DNA of 64,000 nt from Clostridia bacterium. GTDB lineage: Bacteria; Bacillota; Clostridia; UMGS1883. The stretch spans positions 14,178-78,177 of the forward strand of contig JAZRTB010000032.1 of the NCBI GenBank assembly GCA_045651805.1. The letters run 5' to 3'. This document shows positions 10,639 to 19,673 of the stretch, piece by piece (positions within the stretch are counted from its first letter, which is position 1; each line of letters starts with the position of its first letter). The notes beneath the pieces are model-generated. The model worked only from the letters and a program-made list of their open reading frames with translations, was not told the origin of the DNA and ran no database searches. The translations under genes and the position numbers were made by a program.

Positions 10639-13092
10639 ATGAAAGGTAATCTCAAAAAACTTTTGTCAGTAACAGTAGCTATTGCTATTGTTATGACGGT
10701 ATGTCCCTTATGGGGATACGCAACTGATGTGTTAAAGGCGGAAAATTTCCTTGGAGATCAGGTTTCGACTGCAGTTACATCTGATTTCATTGTACCGACC
10801 GGATACACATGGACAACAAGTAATGATGCCCTGACAATTAATCAGGAAACAGGGGAGGTAACAGTTAACAAACTTCCTTTCGAGGATAGATTTGTCACTC
10901 TTACCGCAAATGGCGAAAAAAGCTTTGACCTCATCGTAAAATCCCAGACAACAAAGGTTGAGCAGTATGCAAATTACACAAATGAGGAAAGTATCTGGAT
11001 TCCCATGAAAGGTTCAGCGAACAATGCATCTATAGCAGTAGAGGATGACGGAAACTACTATCTTTCGCTTAACTACGCAGGAGATGCATGGAGTGCATAT
11101 CCGATGGGTGTTCAACTTAATGAAATGACAGGGAATTTCACAGTTTCGTTTGATTTTAAACTCGACTGGCTTTCAGAAGCACCTGAAGGAAACACTACAG
11201 TAACTGCTTCCGGTTATGAAAAAATTGCAATTGATTTTATGACTGCACCTAATGAAACAGGGGCAGCAGCTCAGGCAACAGCGGACCTTAAAGCAAGAGC
11301 GCTTGTTATTTACAAGGATGAAATTGCACAGATTGGTAAAACTGCAGTTACAGATATTGAAACATTTGATAATGCAAAGTGGTCAAATGTTACTTTTGAA
11401 GTAAATCCTCTTACAACACAGGTAAGAATTCTTCTTCCTGACGGAGAGTGGTCTTCTTGGTACGATATGCTTTCTTCTGCAGAGAAGACGAATTATCTCG
11501 GAGGTAAACTTACCCATGTAGGAACATCAAGAACCTACGGAAAAGGCTATGTGGGAACACTTAAGGTGGATAACTTCTCTGTTTCTACACAGTCTGTTGA
11601 GAATATGACTTCAGATGAAAAAATAGTGTACTATAATGGTATTATTAATTTATCTGACCTTACAAGTGAAACAAAAGGTGCAATTACAGGCAATATCACT
11701 CTGAACACTTATGATGGTGCGGTGGTTTGGGAATCCAGCAACCCGGATGTAATTGATAACGAAGGCAATGTTAAACAACCTGAAAGAGATATACTTTCTG
11801 CGGTAAAACTTTCTGCGAAGCTTGCAGAAACAGATGAGGTTATAAAGAGCTTCTATCTTGCAGTAGCACCCAAAAACACAACAACAAATGTTGCGGTTGA
11901 CACTACAACAAAAATCCTCACAGATGACTTTGAAAAAGGTACAGCTGGTACAATTATCACAGACGCACAGTCATCTTACTCGGCTGCAAACAAGTGGGGA
12001 TACGTTGATGCACCCACAGCGGAAATGAGCTTTGCTTATGCGATGGATGAAACACGCGGTAAGGTAGCGGAGCTTGACTATTCAGGAACTGATAAAGCAA
12101 GGGTTTCATATTTTGTAGGAGGATATGTAAAAGCAATCAACCACAGATACAGTGCAGGTTTTGATTTTAAGTATATTCCAAGTGAAGACGCTTCCAATAT
12201 ATTCAGATTTGAATTTGCCGGCGCCGGTGCTTTGAATTGTCTTGTTTTTGACTATGCACAGGACAAACTTTATTGCTACAGACAGGGCACCACAATAGCA
12301 GATACTTACAAAATATCTTCATTTGCTACAGAAGACGGATGGGTTCGTGTTGATGTTGATAACAACAATGTATCAAGAACACAACAGGTTTATATAAATG
12401 GTGTTGCACTCACCCAGCACCCTTCTCCTAATACTTTGTATAATACCGCAAGTGATAACTTCCCTATGAGAAGTATATCTTTCCAACTTTACGGAAAGGG
12501 AAGTGTACTTATTGATAATGTAGCAGTTGTAAGACATACAGATACTGACCTTACAATGGCAGATGCTGCTATTGAAGCTGTAAGAATGCACTACGGATAT
12601 TTTGATAAACAGAGCTACCTTCAGGGAGAAACAATACTTCCTTCAAATGGTCCCTCTGACAGAAACAATCCTTCTGACAGAAGCGATACGACAGTCTTCC
12701 CCGCAGACGTAAATGGTGCAAAACTTACATGGGCAGGCAAAGGTGTAACAGAGAATGAAGGGGTATACTACTTTATCCCTGCAACACCCGGAGCATATGA
12801 ACTTACAGTAACAGCTACATATAACGGAAAATCATTGACTGAAAAAATTAATGTAATTGGACAGTTGGTCAATATTACCGAAAAAGATGGTGTAGTTAGT
12901 GCATCCGGAAAGGTAACAGAAGGAAGACTTATTATTGCTAAATATGCAGACGAGAACATGGAAAAAATTGAGGAGGTTAAGCTTGTTGAAGGAACAACTT
13001 ATACTGTAACAGAAAGTGGAACATATAAAGCTTTTTGGATCAATATGTCAACGCTTTTCCCCTATGCATTAGATGTTAAATTTACCAAATAA
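10639..13092 (+). CDS. Secreted protein (817 aa), probable cell-surface polysaccharide-binding/Ig-like domain protein
   Basis: RBS AAGGAGA. N-terminal signal peptide MKGNLKKLLSVTVAIAIVMTVCPLWGYA. The C-terminal beta-rich region (YELTVTATYNGKSLTEKINVIGQ) is Ig-like. Function unknown. Confidence 0.6.
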   Translation: MKGNLKKLLSVTVAIAIVMTVCPLWGYATDVLKAENFLGDQVSTAVTSDFIVPTGYTWTTSNDALTINQETGEVTVNKLPFEDRFVTLTANGEKSFDLIVKSQTTKVEQYANYTNEESIWIPMKGSANNASIAVEDDGNYYLSLNYAGDAWSAYPMGVQLNEMTGNFTVSFDFKLDWLSEAPEGNTTVTASGYEKIAIDFMTAPNETGAAAQATADLKARALVIYKDEIAQIGKTAVTDIETFDNAKWSNVTFEVNPLTTQVRILLPDGEWSSWYDMLSSAEKTNYLGGKLTHVGTSRTYGKGYVGTLKVDNFSVSTQSVENMTSDEKIVYYNGIINLSDLTSETKGAITGNITLNTYDGAVVWESSNPDVIDNEGNVKQPERDILSAVKLSAKLAETDEVIKSFYLAVAPKNTTTNVAVDTTTKILTDDFEKGTAGTIITDAQSSYSAANKWGYVDAPTAEMSFAYAMDETRGKVAELDYSGTDKARVSYFVGGYVKAINHRYSAGFDFKYIPSEDASNIFRFEFAGAGALNCLVFDYAQDKLYCYRQGTTIADTYKISSFATEDGWVRVDVDNNNVSRTQQVYINGVALTQHPSPNTLYNTASDNFPMRSISFQLYGKGSVLIDNVAVVRHTDTDLTMADAAIEAVRMHYGYFDKQSYLQGETILPSNGPSDRNNPSDRSDTTVFPADVNGAKLTWAGKGVTENEGVYYFIPATPGAYELTVTATYNGKSLTEKINVIGQLVNITEKDGVVSASGKVTEGRLIIAKYADENMEKIEEVKLVEGTTYTVTESGTYKAFWINMSTLFPYALDVKFTK

Positions 13093-13113
13093 ATGACCTA
13101 AACAGTAACAACT

Positions 13114-13142
13114 ATGAGGGTGATCTTAAAAATCACCCTCAT
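13114..13142 (+). terminator. Hairpin (11-bp perfect stem ATGAGGGTGAT/ATCACCCTCAT) between the 817-aa gene and the GH105 gene; terminator-like but lacks a clear U-tract
   Basis: Inverted repeat read directly from the sequence. Confidence 0.35.
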
Positions 13143-13162
13143 GGTATATATAAGGATTAATT

Positions 13163-15241
13163 ATGGAAAATTACTTTGAAAATTCTATCTTAAAAGATTG
13201 TAAATCAAATATGGAAATAATCAAAAAAGTGTATGATAATGCACTTGAAAACCGTCCTGTTTCCCGTGTTTTATACAGACCTCTGACAAAATTTCCATTC
13301 ATAGATATGATAAACAAACCCGGTGCAAATCTTAAAGCGATATATCCTGAATCAAAGGCGGGGGACTATGCTTATATTACAAGTTGTATGGACGGACTTT
13401 TTGAAAGAGAAATGGTTATTAATCTCCGTAACTGTAAAAATCCGGAGGTATGGTTTAATGGCGAAAAAGTTGAAGTAACAAAGGCAGAAAAGCCTTCCGG
13501 CACGCTTGATGCAAAAGTGTTTTTCAAAAAAGGAAGGAACAGTCTTGTTATACGTGTCAGTGCGGAGGACGAGGGATTTGAAGTGGTGGCAGTTCCCTTT
13601 ATCCCTGAACTTCGTATGATTCCCTATGATTATGTGTACTGCACATGGCAGTATATTTTAAAAGAGGGTTTCAGACTTCAGGATGGAGTTGAAATTTCAC
13701 GACTTTATAAGAAGAATGAAGTTCCTCCGTCTATAGAAAATATTGAATGGGTATTTCCTAAAATGCCAAAGCAAACTGACGTTAAGACGTTTGACTTCTA
13801 TAAGCTTTGTGAATCGGGAAATAGTGCCTATGTGTACACCAATGTATGCGGAAAAATCAGAATCACTCACCAAAGTCCCATAAAAATATGTAATGATAAA
13901 GAGTGTATATATTCTGCAGAAAAAGGTGTGTTTGAAACAGAATTTAATAGCTTTTCAGAGCTTTTTATAAAGAGTATAAGAAATGGAGATATATGGGGTT
14001 TTTATGCAGAAACAGAAGGTGAACACAGCCTCTCTTTTGTTGATGGAGCCGACTGTAGTGACCTTCAATGGATGTGGATCGGTCCTTTCGGGAAAGATAC
14101 AGACCCCGCAAACCATCCTTATGCTCCTGAATTCAGGCTTCAGTTTGACGAACCGTATCCTACGGCGTGCGGACCGGTGTACTGGAATTTCTATCGTGAG
14201 AATACTGTTCTGATTCAAAGAAATCACAGTATTTTTTACGGACAGTGGTTTTATCCTTTTATGGTAGGCATGTACGGAATGAAGCAGGCAGCAGAATGTC
14301 TTGAAGATGATGCCTTCTACGATTACTATATGGGTGGAATAGGGGCATTGTGTAATCATCGTAATTATTCGCCTTTTGATACGGCTCGTGGTGGCTACAG
14401 TACCTATCTGCCTGTAAGCCGTGAATTCAATAACCTTGATTCAATCGGTACTATGGGGATAAATATTGCCGAATATTTTATGATGACGGGTGATTGTAAA
14501 GCGGAATATATGCTTGAACTGCTTTCAAATTCAATTCTTCATAACATTCCCAGATTTTCTGACGAAACATTTAATCGCAGAAAAACTATGTGGACAGATG
14601 ATATGTATATGTCGCTGCCGTTCCTTGTGCGACTTGGAGTTATAAAAGGTGAAAAGAAGTATTTTGACGAAATTATCACTCAGGTGAGAGGATTTAAAGA
14701 ACGTCTTTATATGGAGGACCAGCACATCTTTTCTCACATTTTCTTCGTTGAGGAAGATAAAGCTAACCGCGTTCCCTGGGGTCGAGGAAACGGATGGGTA
14801 CTTCTTGCCCTTTCCGAGGTGCTTCTTCTGATGCCCGAAACTTACGAAGGATATGACGAAATCCTTGCGTTGTATCGTGATTTTGCAAAAGGGATTTTGT
14901 CTTTCCGTGACAGGGAAAAAGGTTTCTGGCATCAGGTAATAAATAATCCTGAAAGCTATATGGAAACAAGCGGTAGTGCTATGTTTATAACAGCACTTTC
15001 ACGCGGTGTGCGTAAAGGTTGGATTGAGAACATGTACTTTAAGGATATTCTTGAAGCATGGAATGGTCTTTGTGAAAATTGTATTGACTCTGACGGAAAT
15101 GTTTATGGCGTATGCGAGGGGTCAGGATGCAATATGGAGGAAAAATATTATCTTGAGCTTGGTACAATCGTTAATGATGATCATGGTGTGGGAATTGTGC
15201 TTGGTACAGGTGCTGAAATTATAAATATGACAGGGAGGTAA
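13163..15241 (+). CDS. Glycoside hydrolase family 105/88-like (unsaturated rhamnogalacturonyl/glucuronyl hydrolase, YteR-like) with ~320-aa N-terminal extension
   Basis: The C-terminal half contains WTDDMYMSLPFL and WGRGNGWVLLALSEVL, which are characteristic GH105/GH88 (alpha/alpha)6 hydrolase motifs, plus the downstream YMETSGSAMF. The N-terminal domain is unassigned. Confidence 0.7.
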   Translation: MENYFENSILKDCKSNMEIIKKVYDNALENRPVSRVLYRPLTKFPFIDMINKPGANLKAIYPESKAGDYAYITSCMDGLFEREMVINLRNCKNPEVWFNGEKVEVTKAEKPSGTLDAKVFFKKGRNSLVIRVSAEDEGFEVVAVPFIPELRMIPYDYVYCTWQYILKEGFRLQDGVEISRLYKKNEVPPSIENIEWVFPKMPKQTDVKTFDFYKLCESGNSAYVYTNVCGKIRITHQSPIKICNDKECIYSAEKGVFETEFNSFSELFIKSIRNGDIWGFYAETEGEHSLSFVDGADCSDLQWMWIGPFGKDTDPANHPYAPEFRLQFDEPYPTACGPVYWNFYRENTVLIQRNHSIFYGQWFYPFMVGMYGMKQAAECLEDDAFYDYYMGGIGALCNHRNYSPFDTARGGYSTYLPVSREFNNLDSIGTMGINIAEYFMMTGDCKAEYMLELLSNSILHNIPRFSDETFNRRKTMWTDDMYMSLPFLVRLGVIKGEKKYFDEIITQVRGFKERLYMEDQHIFSHIFFVEEDKANRVPWGRGNGWVLLALSEVLLLMPETYEGYDEILALYRDFAKGILSFRDREKGFWHQVINNPESYMETSGSAMFITALSRGVRKGWIENMYFKDILEAWNGLCENCIDSDGNVYGVCEGSGCNMEEKYYLELGTIVNDDHGVGIVLGTGAEIINMTGR

Positions 15242-15245
15242 AGTA

Positions 15246-16244
15246 ATGAATAATAAAATGTGGGCAGTATTTGTGATGCTTTCCCATAATATGTGGTGGA
15301 CAAAATATAACTCACTTAAAAGTAGATTTGACGAAGATGCGTATCACGGCATTCTCAAGGAAATGTCGGAGAAAGGCTTTAATACGGTAGTTCTTGATGT
15401 CGGTGATGGCGTTAAATATACATCTCATCCTGAAATAAGTCTTCCCGATGCGTGGGACAGAAAAAAAGTAAGTGAGGAAATAAAAAGAGCAGCAGACCTC
15501 GGTATAAAAATTATTCCCAAGCTTAACTTTTCCACAACTCACGATGCATGGCTCGGTGAATATGAAAGAATGATTTCCACAAAGATTTACTATAATCTTT
15601 GCCGTGACCTTATAGAAGAAATTTATGAGATTTTTGAAGGTCCCGAGTACATACATCTGGGTATGGATGAGGAAACAGAGTACAACGGACACAGTCTTGA
15701 TTATATAGTTTTAAGAAAACGTGAACTTATTTGGCACGACATTAATTTCTACCTTGATTGTGCCGGAAAGGCGGGTGCAACTCCGTGGATTTGGGCAGAT
15801 TACCTTTTTGATTATCCCAAGGAATTCAGGGAACATATAAAACCCGAGAATCTTCTTCTTTCTCCCTGGCAGTATGCTTCGATGTACGAGGAACATTTTA
15901 CTCCCATTGCAAACAATCAGCGTGATATTGACTATTATTGGAACGGCAGATATAAAGGATGCGGATTCAAATATGTTGAGGATGAGCCTCTTTGCAGAAA
16001 GTACAGAGAAGAAGCCGTTCCCGGTATGATTGATGGCTATAGTTATGTGCCGACAGTTTCAAACAATCTAAGTAATAAATATAATACTTTCGATACGCTT
16101 CGCTGGTTTAAGGAAAAGGGTGTTGATGATAAACTCACAGGCTTTATGACAGCACCCTGGGTTGACGTGGATAACCGTAAGGAGTTTTCTCTCTGTATGA
16201 ATTATCTGGCTGAAGCAAGAGAGCTTTATTATTCTGAAAATTAA
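15246..16244 (+). CDS. Uncharacterised protein, paralog of 468..1436
   Basis: 332-aa ORF. Shared motifs with 468..1436 include MW.VF.M.SNHMW, VxDVGDGV, HPEIxxPxAW, NFSTTHDAWL and GMDEE. It overlaps/abuts the GH105 gene in an operon-like arrangement. Confidence 0.6.
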   Translation: MNNKMWAVFVMLSHNMWWTKYNSLKSRFDEDAYHGILKEMSEKGFNTVVLDVGDGVKYTSHPEISLPDAWDRKKVSEEIKRAADLGIKIIPKLNFSTTHDAWLGEYERMISTKIYYNLCRDLIEEIYEIFEGPEYIHLGMDEETEYNGHSLDYIVLRKRELIWHDINFYLDCAGKAGATPWIWADYLFDYPKEFREHIKPENLLLSPWQYASMYEEHFTPIANNQRDIDYYWNGRYKGCGFKYVEDEPLCRKYREEAVPGMIDGYSYVPTVSNNLSNKYNTFDTLRWFKEKGVDDKLTGFMTAPWVDVDNRKEFSLCMNYLAEARELYYSEN

Positions 16245-16256
16245 GAGGAGAAGACT

Positions 16257-17462
16257 ATGAGCAGATACATAATTGAAAAAGAAAGAAAAACCATAATAAA
16301 AGACTCCTGTGATGTATTTGTTGCAGGTGGTGGAATAGCAGGTGTTACTGCGGCACTTGCTGCGGCAAGAGAGGGTGCAAGAGTTATTATTGCTGACAAG
16401 CAGTGTATACTTGGCGGACTTGCAACATCGGGGCTTATCACGTTCTTCCTTGCTATCTGTGATGGCAAGGGAAGGCAGGTAACCTTTGGTATGACAGAGG
16501 AGCTTTTAAGGCTCTCTGTAAAACGTGGTCCTCAGGGAATTTACCCCGAGGCGTGGCTTCACGGCGGAACTCTTGAAGAAAAAATCGCACTTCGCTTTGA
16601 AACACAGTTCAATGCATCATCCTATGCAATTGAACTTGAGCAGATGCTTCTTGATGCAGGCGTGAAAATCCTTTATGACACTCGTGTTTGCGATGTGAAT
16701 GTGGATGGCGACAAAATCAATGCCGTTGTTGTTGAAAATAAATCAGGCAGAATTGCCTATAGCGTTAAAAGTGTTGTTGATGCGACCGGTGATGCTGATA
16801 TTTATCAGATGACTGAATGTGAAACTGAAATGCACAAAATCGGTAATGTCCTTTGTGCGTGGAACTACGGAATAAAGGACGGCAAGGTAAAAATAAATAT
16901 GCAGGGATGGGCAGACATTCCCAATATGGATAAAGGTACAGAAGAGAGAATCCTTCTTACAAGCAGAAAGTTTACAGGACTTGACGGTGAGGAAATCAGC
17001 GAGATGCTTACTCTTTCTCATGCAGAAATGCTTAAAACCTACGAAAAAGAAAAAGCTGAGGACAATTCCTATGAAATGAATATGATTCCAACAATCCCAC
17101 AGCTTCGAATGACAAGAAAAATCGTGGGGGCATATATAATGGATTATTCTGAAATGCATAAGGAATTTTATGATAGTATCGGTATGGTGTCTGACTGGAG
17201 AAAGCCGGGACCCGTATTTGAAATCCCTTTCAGAACACTTTACGGAGAAAAAATCAAAAATCTTATTTCTGCAGGTCGCTGTACAAGTGTAACCGACAGT
17301 ATGTGGGACGTTACAAGATGTATTCCATGCTGTACCGTTACAGGCCAGGCGGCAGGTGTTGCAGCGGCAATGACAGATTCATTCCCGACACTTGATGTTA
17401 AAAGGCTTCAGGAAAGACTTACAAAAGCAGGCGTTGTGCTTCACGAGAAAGATTTAGCGTAA
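16257..17462 (+). CDS. FAD-dependent oxidoreductase
   Basis: N-terminal dinucleotide-binding motif DVFVAGGGIAGVTAALAAAREGARVIIADK is a Rossmann GxGxxG/A FAD-binding fold. ~400 aa, typical of the FAD-dependent oxidoreductases co-located with CAZyme genes. Confidence 0.75.
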   Translation: MSRYIIEKERKTIIKDSCDVFVAGGGIAGVTAALAAAREGARVIIADKQCILGGLATSGLITFFLAICDGKGRQVTFGMTEELLRLSVKRGPQGIYPEAWLHGGTLEEKIALRFETQFNASSYAIELEQMLLDAGVKILYDTRVCDVNVDGDKINAVVVENKSGRIAYSVKSVVDATGDADIYQMTECETEMHKIGNVLCAWNYGIKDGKVKINMQGWADIPNMDKGTEERILLTSRKFTGLDGEEISEMLTLSHAEMLKTYEKEKAEDNSYEMNMIPTIPQLRMTRKIVGAYIMDYSEMHKEFYDSIGMVSDWRKPGPVFEIPFRTLYGEKIKNLISAGRCTSVTDSMWDVTRCIPCCTVTGQAAGVAAAMTDSFPTLDVKRLQERLTKAGVVLHEKDLA

Positions 17463-17475
17463 ACAGAGGTTTATT

Positions 17476-19653
17476 ATGTTAGAAAATGCCAAATGGGTTG
17501 GTTTTTACGGTGATGAATCACCAAAAATCCGTACCGAAATTGAAATTAAAGATGAAATTGAATCTGCAAAAATTGAAATATGCGGACTTGGACTTTTCCA
17601 TTTCTATATTAACAGCAGTCGTGTGAATGGGGAAGAATTCACAATGCTATGGTCGGACTTTCATAAACGTGAAATTACCGATATGCTTTATGGCGTAGAA
17701 CACGATGCAACGTACAGAATTTATATACCGAGCTATGATGTTACAGACCGACTTGAAAATGGTACAAATACCATAGCGTTTCTTCTTGGAAACGGATGGT
17801 ACAATCAGTATGAAAGAGTTATAGAAGGAAAAATGCGCTACGGCTCGCCGATTTTGTGCTATCGTCTTGATGTGACTTATAAAAACGGGGAGAAGGATGT
17901 ATTCATTTCAGATGAAAGTTTGAAGTGGAACAAAAGCCATATTCTCTATAACAATATCTTTTTTGGTGAAAAGCACGATATGAGGCTGTTTGATAATGCT
18001 TGGCTTTATAACGGATTTGATGATTCTGTTTGGAAAAACGCCGAATTAAAAGGTCGCCCCGATGCAATATTAACTCCTGCAGTATGCCCTGGTGACAAAG
18101 TGGTAAAAACTTTGATTCCTGACTTGGTTTCTGAAAAGGACGGAAAAAAGATATACGCCCTTGCTGAAAATATCAGCGGCAGAGTAAAGTTAAGGTTGAA
18201 AGGAAGATGCGGAGATACGATTGTAACCGAATTTTCAGAGGAACTTTCCGATGATGGCAGTCTTGACTTCTTTTCAAGCGGTATGGAAAATCAGATTCAG
18301 CGTGATATTTACATCTGTTCGGGAAATGAAGATGTGGTTTATCCCATATTCACTTGGCACGCATTCAGGTACTTTTCCGTAGAAGGTGATGCAGTGCCGG
18401 AAGTTTGCGAAGTAATCCACACTCCCGTAGAATCAAGAACAGAATTTTATTGCGATAATGATGTTCTTAATTGGCTTTATGATGCTTTCAAAAGAACACA
18501 GCTTAACAATATGCATATGGGCGTTCCCTCTGACTGTCCTCACAGAGAAAGACTCGGCTATACGGGTGACGGACAGATTGCATCAAATGCGGCAATGCAT
18601 ATTTTTGACTGTGAACAGTTCTATAAAAAATGGATTAGAGATATTCAGGATTGTCAGCACAGACAAAGCGGAAGAGTTCAGCATACTGCACCTTTTTACG
18701 GTGGTGGCGGTGGAATAGGCGGTTGGGGCGGTGCAATTGTAATTGTCCCGTATATGTATTGCAAACACTTTTTTGATGTTGATCTGCTTAAGGAAAGCTA
18801 TCCGTATATGGAAAAGTGGGCACGCTACCTTCTTACACAGACGGAAAATAATCTTATAATGTATGAGGAACAAGATGCCCTTGTAAACCCGGCTTACTGG
18901 AATCTTGGTGAATGGTTTACACCTGAAGAAGTAAAGCTTCCCAAGGAATTTGTAAATACATATTATTTTATCAAAGCACTTGCTTATATGTCGGAAATTG
19001 CACAGATAATAGGTGTTCCTTTCGACTACAATATGGAAATTGAACGTTTTAAAACTGCGTGGAAAAATAAGTATTTCAATCCCGAAACCCACACCTTCTT
19101 AAATTCGGTGCAGGGAGCAGACGCTTTTGCAATCGACCTTGGTTTAGGTGATGAAATAACTCTTAAGAAACTTGTGGAAAAATACTCTGTTGCAGACGGC
19201 TTTGACACGGGTATCTTCGGCACATATATTCTTACTGATGTGCTTTTCAAAAACGGGTATTGCGATGTTGCTCTCCGTCTTATGACAATGGAAAGCGGTC
19301 GTTCGTTTTCAAATATGATGAAGCAGGGTGCGACCACTCTCTGGGAAAGCTGGGACGGAATCTCTTCCCATGACCATCCTATGTTCGGTGCATCGACGGT
19401 GCATATTTTCAGATATATAATTGGTGTATGTTATGAGGCTGAGAACAGGATTGTAATAAAACCCTGTAATACAGAATTATTGCACCATATAAAGGCAAAG
19501 GTGAAGACAAAAACAGGAACGATAAGATTTGAATATCATCGTGACAAGGATAAGCGAAACTTTAAAATTTCAAAACAATGTGGGGAAGATGTAGAGTTTG
19601 TATTTGGCGGAAAAACTCTTGGGGTTTCGGATAATATTTCTCTTGAATTTTAA
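17476..19653 (+). CDS. Alpha-L-rhamnosidase (glycoside hydrolase family 78)
   Basis: Contains the hallmark GH78 motif DCPHRERLGYTGDGQ. Size (725 aa) and the downstream (alpha/alpha)6 catalytic-region similarity (WESWDG...) fit bacterial RhaA-type rhamnosidases. Confidence 0.85.
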   Translation: MLENAKWVGFYGDESPKIRTEIEIKDEIESAKIEICGLGLFHFYINSSRVNGEEFTMLWSDFHKREITDMLYGVEHDATYRIYIPSYDVTDRLENGTNTIAFLLGNGWYNQYERVIEGKMRYGSPILCYRLDVTYKNGEKDVFISDESLKWNKSHILYNNIFFGEKHDMRLFDNAWLYNGFDDSVWKNAELKGRPDAILTPAVCPGDKVVKTLIPDLVSEKDGKKIYALAENISGRVKLRLKGRCGDTIVTEFSEELSDDGSLDFFSSGMENQIQRDIYICSGNEDVVYPIFTWHAFRYFSVEGDAVPEVCEVIHTPVESRTEFYCDNDVLNWLYDAFKRTQLNNMHMGVPSDCPHRERLGYTGDGQIASNAAMHIFDCEQFYKKWIRDIQDCQHRQSGRVQHTAPFYGGGGGIGGWGGAIVIVPYMYCKHFFDVDLLKESYPYMEKWARYLLTQTENNLIMYEEQDALVNPAYWNLGEWFTPEEVKLPKEFVNTYYFIKALAYMSEIAQIIGVPFDYNMEIERFKTAWKNKYFNPETHTFLNSVQGADAFAIDLGLGDEITLKKLVEKYSVADGFDTGIFGTYILTDVLFKNGYCDVALRLMTMESGRSFSNMMKQGATTLWESWDGISSHDHPMFGASTVHIFRYIIGVCYEAENRIVIKPCNTELLHHIKAKVKTKTGTIRFEYHRDKDKRNFKISKQCGEDVEFVFGGKTLGVSDNISLEF

Positions 19654-19673
19654 CACCGGATGGAGGTTATGAT

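Noticed and set aside
12640-12690. Short tandem peptide repeat SNGPSDRNNPSDRSDT (DNA: CCTTCTGACAGAA x2) in the 817-aa secreted protein
   Set aside because: Only two copies. Likely a small in-gene duplication or linker without independent significance.
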